A program made the position numbers and the translations under genes. From the NCBI GenBank assembly GCA_053919585.1, contig CM132783.1: a stretch of 64,000 nt of DNA; one strand, 5' to 3'. Position 1 is the first letter of the stretch; each line of letters opens with the position of its first letter. Origin of the DNA: Euprymna scolopes. Taxonomy: Eukaryota. Of this stretch, positions 12,591-27,084 are shown one piece after another. The notes beneath the pieces are model-generated. The model did not search any database. It was not told the origin of the DNA and worked only from the letters and a program-made list of their open reading frames with translations.

Positions 12591-14833
12591 AATTGCTTAT
12601 CTTAAATGGATCACAATAGTAAAAATAAAGATCATTTTATGCTCGGTATCCTGACCAAAATTGGAATAGTTTCTGAGAAGATTCTGTAGCTGTAATTTAC
12701 ACTTTCCAGTAAGTTACACTGAACTCGGTTAATGAATAGTTCTAACATTTATCAGTTCGCTCAATAAAAATAAATCAAATGGACGTTTCACATGTGATCC
12801 ATCGATGGTTGCTCGGAGCTTATATCGGTAAATCGGGGTGTTGTTATACAAGGAAATTAAACTATACATATTTAACGTACTGCACCCGTATCTTACATAT
12901 AATTTACGTTACCATACAGGTTATGCCTTCTAATCTATTCTATTTTTTTAATACATTAACCGTATCCTCTTTTTTATTCTTTTACATATATCGTTTATAT
13001 ATAATAATATATTATTTGAGAGTTAATAAATGTGTGTTTCTGTAAGGTTTATTTCTCTCGCTCGTATTCTCTCTCCATCTCTCTATCTCTCTCTCTTTAA
13101 TTCTCTCTGAACATTTTACGTGTTTTCTTGACCCTGTCACTTTTTTTATTCAACCACTCTCTATTGTTTCTCCATCACTCTGCAAGCATTTACAGAACGG
13201 CTGATTTTATTTTCTCAACATTATTACCTTAAAACCGTTACCTGAAAAACTTAGAACACGCATGAAAAGTGGATAAATGCATAAAAATAAAGAAGAAGAT
13301 CGCCATACAATAATTATATGTATAATATTTAAGTAAAATACCAATATTTTTAGTTGCGCAATTTAAAAGTCTGGACATAAATACTTATTAAAATCACGAA
13401 GATCATTCAAAAATATAAATATCTTACGTTTTTTTAACTCCCAAAGTTGAAGAGCCATGGACACAGGAGTGAATTCATTACAATGAGTGACTTCATGTGT
13501 TCAGAATTTATTTTTCTACGTAGTCTCCACCATGCCCAAGTCACTTTTGCCAGGGAGTCAATGACGCTTCTGGCATACGTACATGACAAGAGTTGCTTAC
13601 GTAGTATCTCACAACGTTAATCTCATTAATGCATAAGTCCTGTCATTATAAAACAATGCCATTTGCAATCCGTTTTTATCACTTCGGGCGGAATATAAAT
13701 ATAAGAGGCATTTGTTTTGGACCATCCCTCTTATATCTTAGTTAAAGTAATGAAATATGATTAAAAAAAATACATGTTTTAATCAGTTTTACTTACAATT
13801 CTTTAAAATCAACCGGGCGAATCACATGGCTAATGTCTATCATTCTGTATTTATTCAATCACTCTTTATATTTGCAACTTTAAATTATTGCTTACTTAGA
13901 ACTCTGGATAGGGTTCTATCGCTCATCAAGGACATTCTTGACATTTTAAATTAAATGCAGTTCGGTAATCCCTATTTCGATTTCCGCACGCCAATAGGTA
14001 ATTAAATTGTTCGAATTGGCATGACTTATGGATACATAAGCCTCGGAGCCGTTACCATCTCCGTCGTAATCAAACGTGTCAGCAGTATAAAATCTATGCC
14101 GTTTGCATCTAAGTCAGTCCGAAGGATCATATATTCTCGTTACCCAGGAAAGAATACCAGTCTTTCCTGTACTGTTTATCAAATAGAATCATATATCGCA
14201 AGCAGTTGAGATAATGGATTTCGACAAACAAAGCCTACACAATTTTCTGTGTAGCCAGATTAGTATTAACCGTTAGGCGATTAACAATTAAGTAAACACT
14301 TTTCGGAGATAAGGTAAAACTTGGGACTATTGACTTCTTAGAACTAAAAAAATCTTACAACAGCGGCAACAATGCCGCTGTCAGACTGAGTGTCGATGAC
14401 GTACCTTGATTGGTATATACAGTACATGCTCAATCTATGCCAGCTAAGTAGTAAATACTTATTGATATTGAAGAATACTTATTACGCTCTTCCATACAAT
14501 TAACAAGCCGCTGGATTTTATGATACAAATGTTATGAATGTTGTGATCAAAAGTTGGAGAGTAACTTTATACGGGGTAGTTCTTTGGTTGGTTTTGTAAA
14601 TGCTGCAACAATAAATATTTGTGAAACGCGTTGTCTGCATGAGAAGAGCTATTTGCACTAAAACACCCNNNNNNNNNNNNNNNNNNNNNNNNNNNNNNNN
14701 NNNNNNNNNNNNNNNNNNNNNNNNNNNNNNNNNNNNNNNNNNNNNNNNNNNNNNNNNNNNNNNNNNNNNNNNNNNNNNNNNNNNNNNNNNNNNNNNNNNN
14801 NNNNNNNNNNNNNNACAAAACCAACAGCAATAC

Positions 14834-14888
<55 letters not shown>

Positions 14889-14889
<1 letters not shown>

Positions 14890-15900
14890 GGAAAAAAATT
14901 AAAATAATATTCAGAAGAACAAGAAAACTCATCGAAACTAAACTATATTGTATAAACCTAATTAAAGGTATACATACATAGGTTGTGTCACAACTAAGAT
15001 ATTCTGGACCGTTTATATCTTGGGCAAAAGAAGATTGGGGCACCTCAAACAGATGACCAGAGATCTCATGACTATGCATAATGCACTACAATACACATAC
15101 AATTCATAAAAATGACAAAAGATGAGACTTACTAAAACACTTGGGCATGGCTAGGAAAAGCTAACCTAAGCAGAGAAACTGAACCCCTAATAACAGCCGC
15201 GCAATATCACGCAATTAGAGTCAACCATGCCAAATCAAGGAATTGCAAGACAAAAGTAAACAACAGACACTTTGGACAAAGAAACCGAAACAATAACCCA
15301 CAGAATTAGCGAATGTAGCAAACTGATCCAAAAAGACTATAAAAATAGACACGTTCACATGGGGAAGATTGTCCGCTAAAAATTATGCAGACAACTATAT
15401 CTTGAACACACTGTATTTTGTTTTCAAGGATAAACTCGCAGCAATACTTAAAAATGAAAGTCACAAACTCATATGGGGCATGCGTATATAGACGGATAAA
15501 TCCATCCAAGCAAGAAGATCGTATGTAACAATAGTTAACAAGAAGGAAGAATCCTGCCATATTGTAGATTTTGCTGTCCAGAAAACCTCAGAGTGAAGAT
15601 CAAGGAAACCGTATATCGAACCAAATACACCAGAAAGCTCAAAGAAATACGGAAGCGGAAGAAAGTAAAGATAACACGACTAATAGTAAGCGCGTCAGAA
15701 ACAATACCGAAAACCTTTGAAAATAATAAGAGAGATTATCATCAGAAGGGTGACTGATAGGATACAACGTATAACAATAATTAAACTGGCTGTAATATCC
15801 AAGAAAACCCTTGAATGCGGAAGCCAACACGCACGAGATACAGCTATAAGCCGGGCGTGCAGAAACTGCAACAGATCTAAAACACACAAAAGAATATCAC
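14889..15900 (+). mobile_element. RLE-type non-LTR retrotransposon (R4/Dong/NeSL-like) 3' relic
   Basis: NLSRETEPLITAAQYHAI, ETITHRISECSKL..YKNRH (CCHC region), IVNKKEESCHIVDFAV..RVKIKE (RLE nuclease); starts at the end of an (AAT)n tract. Confidence 0.75.
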
Positions 15901-15967
15901 ATGGAATCATGAGAAATGGAACTATGAATGTAAAGATACCTCCCGAGCGCCCTTGTACTTTGTGTGT

Positions 15968-16004
<37 letters not shown>

Positions 16005-16199
16005 CGTGCAGATCACAATAAACTGGCACCACACAAAATATGTGACGAGGAGAAAATAACTAGCCATACTTCTGCTGGATGAGTTCCAAGTGGACTGGAA
16101 CCTTGTGGAGGCTTATTGCCACCCAAATTCCAGCGAAGACGAATGGTAGCTTTCAACAAGAAATCAATGGTAAACGGTTGTTTCCTTAAAGCAAATTGA

Positions 16200-17475
16200 T
16201 CTACAAAGTTTATCGAAAGAGGTGGAGTATCTCTCAAGACTTCTTCCTTTCAAGGATAATTGCTTTTGACATATCAAACGCCTTTTATAGTGTATGGCAT
16301 AAAGTTCTACTCTACAAAATCTCCAGCTACTTCATAGCTGCAAATATATTTACAATTATTTAATCATTTTTCTCTGATAGGTTCATAAGAGTAGTGGTTG
16401 AGTGGCAGAAATCAGAAGCGCACTGGTTTTATGTTGGAGTCCATAAGTGGTACCTCCTGGGCCGAACTCTTTTCCTGATCTACATCAATGATCTACCAAA
16501 TCACATCCTAAGATCATTCGTAGACATGTATGCTGCTGAGACTACAATATATGGCAACACTTCAAAGCCCGAAAACGACCAAGGTTTCTCTGATTCTTTT
16601 TCTTCTAATCATGAGCACGATGAGCAATGGGGAAAGAGGTGGCTGATCAATGCATAAAAAAACAAGCTTCCATCTTTATGTAATCAACGCTCTGATCCTT
16701 TTCTTGTATAAATTGTAATGAAATGCTCTCGTATTTTGGAACCTTCATATTTTGACTAGCTTCTAGCTCCAACCTTTACTCCTGTCTGATCTGAGATAAA
16801 ACACGTACATCAAATACGTTGTCAATACTGCTAGAAAAATATTGGGATAGTTATACCGCTCCAGTAGATATCTATCTGCATATGCAATTTTCTACTTGTA
16901 TGAGAGCCAAGTACGCAAATAAGGATAGGATACTGTTGCCACATGTAAGTAGGAGCTGCTAGAAGCACTGATCCTGCCTGGGCGGATTTAAAATAGACTT
17001 CGTAATCTGGTGTGTGATGCCTTATTCATTTCCCTGAACCGTGTTTCCTACAGAAGAGACGTTGCCAGCATGCCTTTACTTTATCGTTATTTTCATGTCA
17101 AGTACTCTTCTGAGCTCCAATCCATAATCCCCCTTGCCTGATTTTCACGAAAACACTCATCTAGCTAAAACCACTATCAATAATTCCCCCACTCTTTATC
17201 TGTGCCTAAATGTAAACGTAGATTCCATAAACAATCCTTTTTGTATAGAACTGCATGCCTGTGGATCTCTGTCCCGTTGTCCTGCTTTTCTAACTGACTA
17301 CAATAAGATTGTCTTCAAGTCCAAGGTGAACAAATTCTTGATGAGCCGTCCTCTCGAGTAACCCAATTTACCAACTTTCCACTACTAATGATGACTACGA
17401 TATTGTCTAATTGACTTCCGTACACATTGACCCTTATTCTCGAATAGTATGATATGTGGTGATTCGTTTGTATAT
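16200..17475 (+). mobile_element. CR1/Zenon-like LINE, 5'-truncated RT relic
   Basis: IAFDISNAFYSVWHK, LFLIYINDLP, VDMYAAET, YCCH, RRDVAS; 3' end similar to copies at 24540 and 37900. Confidence 0.85.
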
Positions 17476-17513
17476 AGATACCATCTGCAAGAATCGGAAC
17501 CTAAAGCTAAATT

Positions 17514-17852
17514 GTAGCATTTAAAGCTGGTGACGTCACCATTGTACCAATGTGATACGTAGATAAATCGATTAAAAATTAAAAATAAACTGAGAAGAAC
17601 GTAATGTTACCCCATTGTTGACTCTTTAAAACCTTTTAACCGGCTAAAGACTCATAAAAGAATGGCTGATAAAACCTTCAATCATTACAGACCTCCAGCG
17701 CTGCTTTTCGACTTTTAGCTGTGGAAGATAGAGTTTGAAAATATGAATACAGACAGACAGACAGACAGAAAGACAATCGGACAGTCACACAGATAGACGG
17801 ACAGACGGACAGACAGAATGACAGACAGACTTATAGCCTTTTATGTATTAGA
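17514..17852 (-). mobile_element. Non-autonomous Helitron-like element
   Basis: Minus-strand 5' end a|TCTAATACATAAAAGG followed by (CTGT)n; palindrome tggtgacgtcacca (17527-17540) about 10 nt from a CTAC end. Confidence 0.5.
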
Positions 17853-19345
17853 TTTTTTATGCAAACCATTATCTATCGTTGTGGATAGGTCGGGACATAC
17901 GCCAAGTAAGTGTATATTGGATCAGCAGCGAATACCGAGCTGTCATCCTTCAACTGCTTGTATGTAGTAGCGTAAAGGGATTAACAACGAAATTATATGG
18001 TACTTCTTTTAAAGCAGTTCTTACGATGAAAATGGAAACCCTATTAGTGGGCACAGAAAAAACGTATGTTAGAAATTTCAGAATGCAAGGGCGATAACCG
18101 CGTGATCGTTCCAATCACGCGATTATTTCGACCAATGGTATTGCGTTCTTCAGTTGCTGCGGAGGATTCAGAAGTGGCGGGAATATTATGTTTCAAAAAC
18201 AGATTCAATTCAGCGTCGAGCAAAGCAGACGCGTAATCTCGCTACGTGCCTAATGAACTTAGGCAGGGTTCTACCCATTTATTTCTCCGCTCATTTAAAT
18301 GCGGATACTAGCCGGAGGCTAAAATGTTCTACGGATTAATTACTTCATTATCATTGCCCGCAAGGGGGATATTATTTTATGAACATCGATCGCAATGTGC
18401 GTTGTTCGTATCGACAGTCTGGAAGGATTTCGAGAACCCTCAACCATTTTTACAAGCGGCCGATTCTACCAGCATCTTTAACAAAAAGAAAACTACCTTC
18501 GCCTTTCAAGGCATGAACTACCCGTCATTTGGCAGAAGCTGAAGAGGCCACTCTTTTGCAATATGGACTCCTTTTTTTACCCTTTTGTAAATAAAATTAT
18601 TCTTGGATTTAAGGTGAGCCTTTGTTGCTTTTCTATGCCTCTTTCATTCTGCCAAAGCAAAAATGAGTAAGAGAATTTCTTACAATGTTAAGAGAATGGA
18701 GAGAAGGACGAAGATTTCGATTAACAGCGTGTGAATGGTCAGGCAGGAGCAATAGGGAAGCATGGATGGTTATAGGAGCTAGAATTGGAGGGTATAACAC
18801 GACAGGTTAACGCAGAATTATAAGGATGGCACGACAAATAAAGGAGATACGCAGATTGTTGAGGAAAAGATATAGTGTGATGCAATATGTGGGTACAGTG
18901 GTAGGAAATGGGACGGAAACAAATAACGAGATAATACATTATATAAATAAGGTTGTCTGTGTATTTTTGCGTGTGTTTCTATGTCTTCAAAAAACTTGTT
19001 CAATATTTGTGCTGCAAAGCAAAATACGTGTCTATTCAGAGCTGAACATTTTGCTAACCGCATTTCATTTCCTCTGATCATATGATCCATTATTGAAAAT
19101 CCATGGATTAAGGAACTTAACATAACCACCTTCCATATATTTCTTTTGGCAAACAATAAATTCTTAACTCAAATATATGTGTCTATATTTTGATTTTCAG
19201 AATTTCACGTTATCCCCTAAACGTATATATTGTTCTATTGTAAAATATTGGGCTTATTCTTTTTGGCTCGGATCATCCTGAAAGTATTACGTCAAGTGAT
19301 ATCTATCAGAATTTTCCTCTGACTTTTAATCCGTCCCTTATCTCG

Positions 19346-19438
<93 letters not shown>

Positions 19439-19919
19439 TTGAATTTGAAAAATGTTTTTTTTGATTACGGCTGCTAATTATATTAAAACAAAAACAAAAC
19501 AATTTCGATTTTTTATCAGATGTTTTAATCAACTGAGGGTTAGTTTTATAGTAATAATAAACAGAAATTCCAATCCAATTTAATTAAAAGAAACAAAACC
19601 TTTCTAAGATTGACATTTTGTATGTTCACTTTACATTTAAACATAAAATATTTGTTTTGTTTTGCTCTTTGTATTATTTATGTGACATTTTTTCGGACGG
19701 TAAATTAAATGAAAAAAAACATTTTTTCTTATTTCGAAGGTTACACTAATTACATGTTTGCAATGACACTGTTTATTGTTTTTATACTAAGTCTTCATTT
19801 TTAAAACATAAAAAAACGCTTATTTTGGTTATTAAAATTCTACTTATTTCCAGTACGGACTGTAAAGTAACACAGTCGTTGCAAAAGACCGAAAAGTTAC
19901 GCACGCGCATTAAATTAAA

Positions 19920-20990
19920 ACGATTTTAAGAATAATAATTTTGCAACGCTACGCAAAAAATCGGATGTAAAAGAGGGGAACGCCAATACATGAATGAACC
20001 AAAGCGGAAAAGAATAAAATATGACATACAAAATTATGAAACGATGTGAACTTGCTTGAAAGAGGTTCAAGTGGGCAATTGGGCGTGAGGAAGACGGACA
20101 TATTGAAACAAATGAATGAAAAGTACAGAGTGACATGAAACGGAATTAAAACTATCCAAGAGGAGATCGAACTAAGAATGCTGGCAAAAAGTGTGAAAGT
20201 GAGTAGATATGAAAAGAGGACTCAGCAGTTCAGAGAGAATGGGTTGTGAGTCTTGACGAAAGGAAATACTGTGAAATGCTTAATAGATGGTAAAATTCAG
20301 TAAATAAAGAACCAGAAGTAGAAAATGTACCCAGTTTTGTGAGCGATGTTTGGAGTGTGAAAAATAGGCATAAAGAGAGTACTTTGTGGCTGGAAGATGT
20401 TAGGAAAAATACAAGGTAAGTTAAATGCGCAAGAAAAAGGTGGTTAAACAATGTAAGAAAATTCCAAATTTGAATGTTCACGGACAATATAGTGTGCAGG
20501 TTATTGGTTAAAACGCTACCATCTTGCATGGAGGAATTGCCTCCTACATTGATGAAATGATGACAGATGTAATTCCTGTGTGCACCACGTGTGAAAGAAC
20601 AGTGTTCAGGCAGTATGATATTCCTGAGAGCACATTAGTTGATAACTATTGGCCCATCAGCTGCCTTTCACCGATGTGAAAACTGCTGACAGTCATTTCG
20701 ACAGATGATATTTTAACATATCTGGAGCAGCTATAGATTTTACCAAAGGAACAACAGTGATGTAAGTGACGTAGTAGAGGTAACAACGCGATCAGTTCCT
20801 TATTTATAGAACAATACTGCAAGTTGTAAGAGGAAATACCAAAAATCTATGCATGTCATGGATAGATTACTGCAAATCATATGATCTAGTTCCATATAAC
20901 TGGAGTAATCAATTGTGGAAATATTTGGAATAGCGGCTAATGTGTGAGATTTCCTAGAAAGAAACTATCTGGCAAGTACCTTTGGAATAC
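19920..20990 (+). mobile_element. R4/Dong-like non-LTR element, 5' RT part
   Basis: KVSRYEKRTQQFREN, NYWPISCLSPM*KLLT, LPKEQQ*CK*RSRG, KNLCMSWIDYCKSYDLVP. Confidence 0.75.
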
Positions 20991-21149
20991 ATATTTTATT
21001 TTATTTAGTTATTTTTTTATTTATTCATTTATTTATTTTATCATAGATTTTTCTTGTCTATAAATGTTTATAATTCCCAAGTTGATAGCATAACAGATTT
21101 TGTAATTGTTTTCAGCTTGTTGGATGGGAATTTTTCACCTAACCCCCTC

Positions 21150-24100
21150 TTAAACACACCAAATGGACTTTTTAATAAGTATTTTATTAATGGAGTGTAG
21201 GCAATGCATTGTGGATGCTTTATCGGCAGGTCCCGTTACTCTCGCTTCTCTGTATTTGTCACTCACTCCTCATTTTTAATGAGTGATTTTTCTGACAAAG
21301 GGAGAAGAAAAAGTGGTTTTCTAGGTTGGCAGACTTCTGCGTGAACATCCGTCAGGGATGTCGGACATTTTCTGTTTCTATGTCTATCCTTGTAGCCATG
21401 TCACGAGAAAGGGTGCTGGAGGTAAACGTTTTATCTGGGCTGACGTTATCCGCCTGATAGTCAGGGAGCCGAACCTTGGATTGCCCACTAAGGACGCTGA
21501 CCTATCAGCAGATGCAAAGTACTGGCACTGCTGTATTACCATTTGATGAATGGATTCGTGACCATGCAGTAGCTTCTGATGGGGCCCCTCGATGCCATAT
21601 AAGTGGGTAATTGTTACGGCTTTACCTTTTCGTGTGCTACAAAAAAATCTTCATTTCTATTTTTCTCTTACTTTCCTTCTCTGCCCTGCTTGAAGCATGT
21701 CTGTCGACCTTGTCAAAAAATCCCAAAACACCGTCATGAAAAGTCTCGATAAAAACATACGATTAAACCCGGATCTTCAACTTCTAACGTAGATCCCCGC
21801 TACCAGGTCTCCTTCTCTAACATCAGCGTTCTACGTTCTAACCAGCCAGAGGTTGAAACTCAATTACATGAGACTAAAGCAGACATATTATTTCTAAGTG
21901 AAACTGGCGATCATTTCCCTAGATAAGTTCCTAATGAAAGCATACTCTAATTTAACCTCCAAATCTGACCCCCAAGATCGCAATGGCATGGAATATGTGC
22001 TTATATAAAATATGGCTTTCCATGTGGTAGGGACATCTCCAGAGAAGATCCTAACTTACCCTATATGTGCTTCCGGGTTGACTAGCTCAAACTACTGCAT
22101 TTATATTTGCTCTCTATCGCCCCCACAACAGCGGAGCTACTATCTTTAAAAGCATATCTGAGAAAATTGACCACTCCCAATCTGCTTATCCTTCCGCTAA
22201 TATTCATGTCTGTCGAGACTTCAATGTTCACAATGTGGAATGGTTAGCTCACTCAGATAAGACCGATGATGAGGGGAGGTTCAGTCATGATTTCACCATT
22301 ACTTATGACCTCACTCAGATTGTTCACGAACCCACCCATGTTCCCGATACTGAAGGCCAGTATGCAAGTCTCCTAGATCTCTTTCTATCAACTTGCCCTG
22401 AACTGTGTTCAGCTTCTGTTCTGTCTCCACTTGGATCTTCCGACCATTCATTTGTATCAGTTAAGATAAAAAATGAAATACAATAAGTCCCCAGATGTAC
22501 CTCTTCATCGTACAGTATATCGATACTCTATGGCTGACTGGGATACCTTCTGCACATTTATATCAGATCTACATCTGCGTTTCATGTTTTTAAAAAAAGG
22601 GTCGTCTATAGTATCAGACCTGACAGAATGGTTAATTGTATGTATAGACCGTTTCATACCCTCGAAAAATTGCAGCAAAAACCTAACCGCCAGCCGTGGT
22701 TCTCTCCGGAATGTTCTGCGTCCATGGCACATGGAAATACCATTTTCCATTGCATCCAACGTAATAGATGTACTGAGACTAAATCCACTTTCAGAACTGC
22801 CAGCAACCATTGCAAAAGAGTAATAAAGAACGCAAGAGAGGTGTATGCTCAGTCCGTCAAGTCCAATGTAGCTGAGCAGCGGCTTGGTTCCCACCAGTTT
22901 TGGCAAATAGCAAGCAGGATCCTGAACAGAAGCGTGTGCTCTATCCCAACTCTCATAAATGGACCTGAGGTAATCTCATCAGCATCAGACAAAGCCAAAC
23001 TCTTTGCCAAGAACTTTGCAGCCAATTCTAACCTTTGCGACCATTGTTGCCAACCTCCAATATTTCCTCCTGCATCAAAAAATATGCTATATGATATGCA
23101 AATACCTGTGCGTGATGTTGCCAAACAAAACTGTTTAAACGTTGTCTTACGGAGAATTGTTTCCCGTCACCGTGGAAAATCTCATCAGTATGCTCCGTAT
23201 TTAAGAATTCAGGTGATCGCTCATCTACCTCACAGTACAGGCCAATAAGTCTCCTGTGCGTCATGAGTAAGTTGCTGGAATCTGTGTTTAATAGAGAAGT
23301 AACCAACCATCTTAGCAAAAATAACCTTCTTAGTGACACGCAATATGTTTTCCGTTCTGCTAGATCTACAGTTATATCTCATAGGATTAGCGAATCTCTC
23401 AACGGAGGCTACCTTTCTACGGTAATTGCTCTTGACATATCAAAGGCCTTTGATAGAGTATGGCATAAATGTTTACTTCACAATATATCCAGATACGGTA
23501 TAGGGGGAAATGTCCTCTCAGTTCTTAAATCATTTCTCTCTGATAGGTTCATAAGAGTAGTGGCTGATGGCCAGAACTCAGAAGCTTTAGTATTAATGCT
23601 GGAGTCCCTCATGGGTCTATCCTGGGCCCAACTCTCTTCCTGATCTATATTAATGATCTTCCAAATCGAATCCTTACATCATTCCTTGACATCTCACTAC
23701 TAACTATCGTAGCACATCTAAGACCGTAAACGACCAAGTTCTCTCTGAGTCTCTCTCTTTTGATTTTGAGCAAGTGGTACAATGGGGAAAGAGGTAGCTT
23801 GTTACTTTTAATGCGTCTAAAACCAAGCTTTTATCTTTACATGATCAACGCTCTGATCCCCATCTCAATTGAAATTAATGACTCTCGTCTTGGGGAGGTC
23901 TCATGTTTTGACAAGCTTCTGGGCTTGACCTTTACTCCTGATCTTTAATGGAACACATACATTAAATCCCTTGCCAAGGCCGCTGGAAAAATAGTGGGAT
24001 CCTTCTATCGATCTAGTAGATATCTCACTGCTGATGCAATTCTCTATCTATTTAAGAGCCAGGTACGTCCAAGGAGGGAGTACTGTTGCCACATCTGGGC

Positions 24101-24599
24101 AGGAGCTGCTAGAAAGGACTTTTCCTGCCTTGATACAGTTCAAAATAGACTTCGTAGCCTTGTGGGGGATGTCCTTTTCTCTTCCCTGCTACCTCTTTCT
24201 CACAGAAGAGATTTTGCTTTATCCTTATTTCCATGGCAACTGCTCGATGCTAATCTTTCATAAGAAACATCCGTCTAGCAGAAAACACTATCAATAATTT
24301 CCCCCACTCTTTGACTGTGCTGAAATCTAAACGTAGATTCCATGAACAAAGCTTCTTTCTTAGAACTGCACGCCTATGGAATTTTCTTCCGTTTTTCTGC
24401 TTTCCAGCTGACTACAATATGGTTGTCTTCAAGTCTAACGTAAACAACTTTTTATAGAGCCGTTCCATATAAGTTAACGATTTACCGAATCTCCATTACT
24501 AACGGTTACTATATTGTCCAATTTCTACTATGCACTCTTTAACCCTTATCCTCGAGTGACCTCTTGGACTTGATAAGTAGTGATGCCTATGTAAAAAAA
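21150..24599 (+). mobile_element. CR1/Zenon-like LINE, near full length (APE+RT), decayed
   Basis: APE: FSNISVL..ILFLSET, DFNVH, LGSSDH; RT: YRPISLL, ALDISKAFDRVWH, GVPHGSILGPTLFLIYIND, EYCCHIWAGA; 3' tail ending gtaaaaaaa at 24599; 5' boundary approximate. Confidence 0.9.
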
Positions 24600-24609
24600 G
24601 TATGACACA

Positions 24610-25650
24610 ATTAAAAAGTGGCATTAATGTTAAATAGAGATGGTGAAGATTTTTATGTGAAAATAGGGGTGTGTCACTTGTTACCATTGTTGTTTGGTTT
24701 GAGTATGGAACATTTGTCGTATATATTACGAAAACAAAAATCCGTGTTATCATTATGGAAAGAAGGAGTACCCTGTAAACCATTTATAATTTATAAATTA
24801 CTTAAAAGTTTATGCAAAGAACAAATATCAGTTTAATATGCTTGCAAGAACAGAGTTGATTGGCCAAATGAAAAGGAGAAAAATTATTGCAACTAAACAA
24901 ATAAAACTTTCGCATAGGTAAATGATTAAGGAAGCTGCAGAAGAAAGACACACCTACCCATACATTGTGAAATTAGATAAAATAAAAGATATTTAAATGA
25001 CGGGGACTATGAGGAAACAATGCAAGTTAAGACTACGCTTGGTTCTGAGGTCACGATTGAATGGAAGAAACCAAATATACCTGCAGTAGCAATGTTTCGA
25101 TATGAGGCGAGTATTATACAGTGGAAAGAAAATGAACTGGACAGGAAGACAAGGTGAACGATGACATAAATAGAGTTCTTCATCCAAAGAGTATCATCAA
25201 ATTAAACATGATTGACTAGGTGAGTATATAAATACTAAGGAATTTTAAAAAAATGCCTGAGACGTAATTATATGTATTAACATAATTAATATGAAGCATT
25301 AATAGTGTGCATCATTTACAAACATGACAAAAAAAGGAAAATCAGATAGCTGGATAAAACAAAGTATGAACCGACTACCAATGTTCGATGTATTCCATGG
25401 AAAGCATGATAGTGACAACATATGTAAAAAAAAAAGAATAAACGGACTATTCGGAAATATGCTATAAAATGATAGAACAATTCAGCGAAACAAAATACAA
25501 AAATATTGCATAAGGTTTGTTAGACAAGAGGAATATAAATGAAGTTTGGCTTCAGAAATGACATTTAAGAAAGAAACAAAAGTTGACACCTGTACCAAAC
25601 ATCGCGATCATAACGAAATGCATAAAGACGTATCTTAAGTATAATCTCGT
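24610..25650 (+). mobile_element. R4/Dong-like element, continuation after the nested LINE
   Basis: CHLLPLLFGLSMEHLSYILRK matches the SPLLF..M.PLS..L motif that follows the part seen at 19920-20990. Confidence 0.55.
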
Positions 25651-26792
25651 CTGAAAGAGATACACATACTACTTCGAATTGTAAGTGAATTTTACATTCC
25701 GTAAAAATTTTCTCAACTGACTTATATGTGTGATAGATATAGAGCAGGTCCTGGCTTTTGGAAGTACTGGGAATCTGGAGAGATGTGGTTGCATTTATAG
25801 TTAAGGGAACATCACCGGTCAGTGCGAACTCTGAAGTAGTTGAATGGAACACCAACCAACTAGCAACAACATAATTTTCGAATTAATTCTCAATGACGTA
25901 TCTCAGACTGTTACGAACAACACCTACTCAGGTTGTATCAAATACTAATGTTAAGAATGAAATTATTGATATTAAAAAAAAAAGTTATTACGTTGCTCAA
26001 GTAGACTCGAGTAAAGGGCACAAATCTTATGCCAGTTCTGATCAGAATCAGTGATAAAGAGGTTACTTAATGATGGATTATATACCACAAATAATCTGCT
26101 TTAGTTAAAGCGTTAATATTTTGTGTAAAGTGGTGTCTTCATGTGTTTAATAAAACTGATATAAACNNNNNNNNNNNNNNNNNNNNNNNNNNNNNNNNNN
26201 NNNNNNNNNNNNNNNNNNNNNNNNNNNNNNNNNNNNNNNNNNNNNNNNNNNNNNNNNNNNNNNNNNNNNNNNNNNNNNNNNNNNNNNNNNNNNNNNNNNN
26301 NNNNNNNNNNNNNNNNNNNNNNNNNNNNNNNNNNNNNNNNNNNNNCTACTACTACCACTCCTCCGCCTACTAATACTACTATTACTACTACTAATAATAA
26401 AAAGAAAAAGAAGAAGGGAGGAGAAAAAGCTGTTTTCTAGGTAGAAATAATAATAATAATAATAATAATAATGATAATAATAAATACCAACAGGACCCGT
26501 GGAAATTCCACGGTAGTTAAAATCCTTTAAAACACATCAGTAAGAAATTCCTTATTGTTATATTACAAAAATGAACGTATGGAAGCAAGCAGAACAAAGA
26601 ACTTTAGTTTAAACTTTTATTGAAGGTCAATGCGATCGTAACTGATGCTGTTGATATTGTCAGGAAGTACTGGTGATGATTGAGGCGGTGACAGGGACGT
26701 CGATCAGCTACTTGAAGTGAGAATAGTGGTAAGTCAGCAGGTTCTTGGGAATCAGACTGTGAATTTAAAAAAAAACTGTGACATTGTTAACA

Positions 26793-27084
26793 TCGATTTT
26801 GTGAAAGTTCTGATGACCCCAAGTTGTTTAATATTTCAGGACATTTTGGATTACACGTGTGAGTAAGGAATAGGTCACAGAAAACTGACATTGCATTTTG
26901 ATAAAGCTGTTGTAGATTCTTAGGACTTCCTGTAACTGTAGATGGTAAAATAACTGGTACACCAGAATAACCATCTTCATTCCTTGCTAAATGATCCATT
27001 AAGCCAGAATATTTAGCAGCTCTTGGTTGACTTTGATAGATTTTAATGAAGTTAAAGAAGCAACCGTCAACTTTTACATATGCA
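26793..27084 (-). repeat. Duplicated Rep fragment in the Helitron 3' region
   Basis: Copy of 30352-30658 (MDHLARNEDG..NNLGSSEL) with a 15-bp deletion; also present in copy B at ~48020-48312. Confidence 0.95.
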
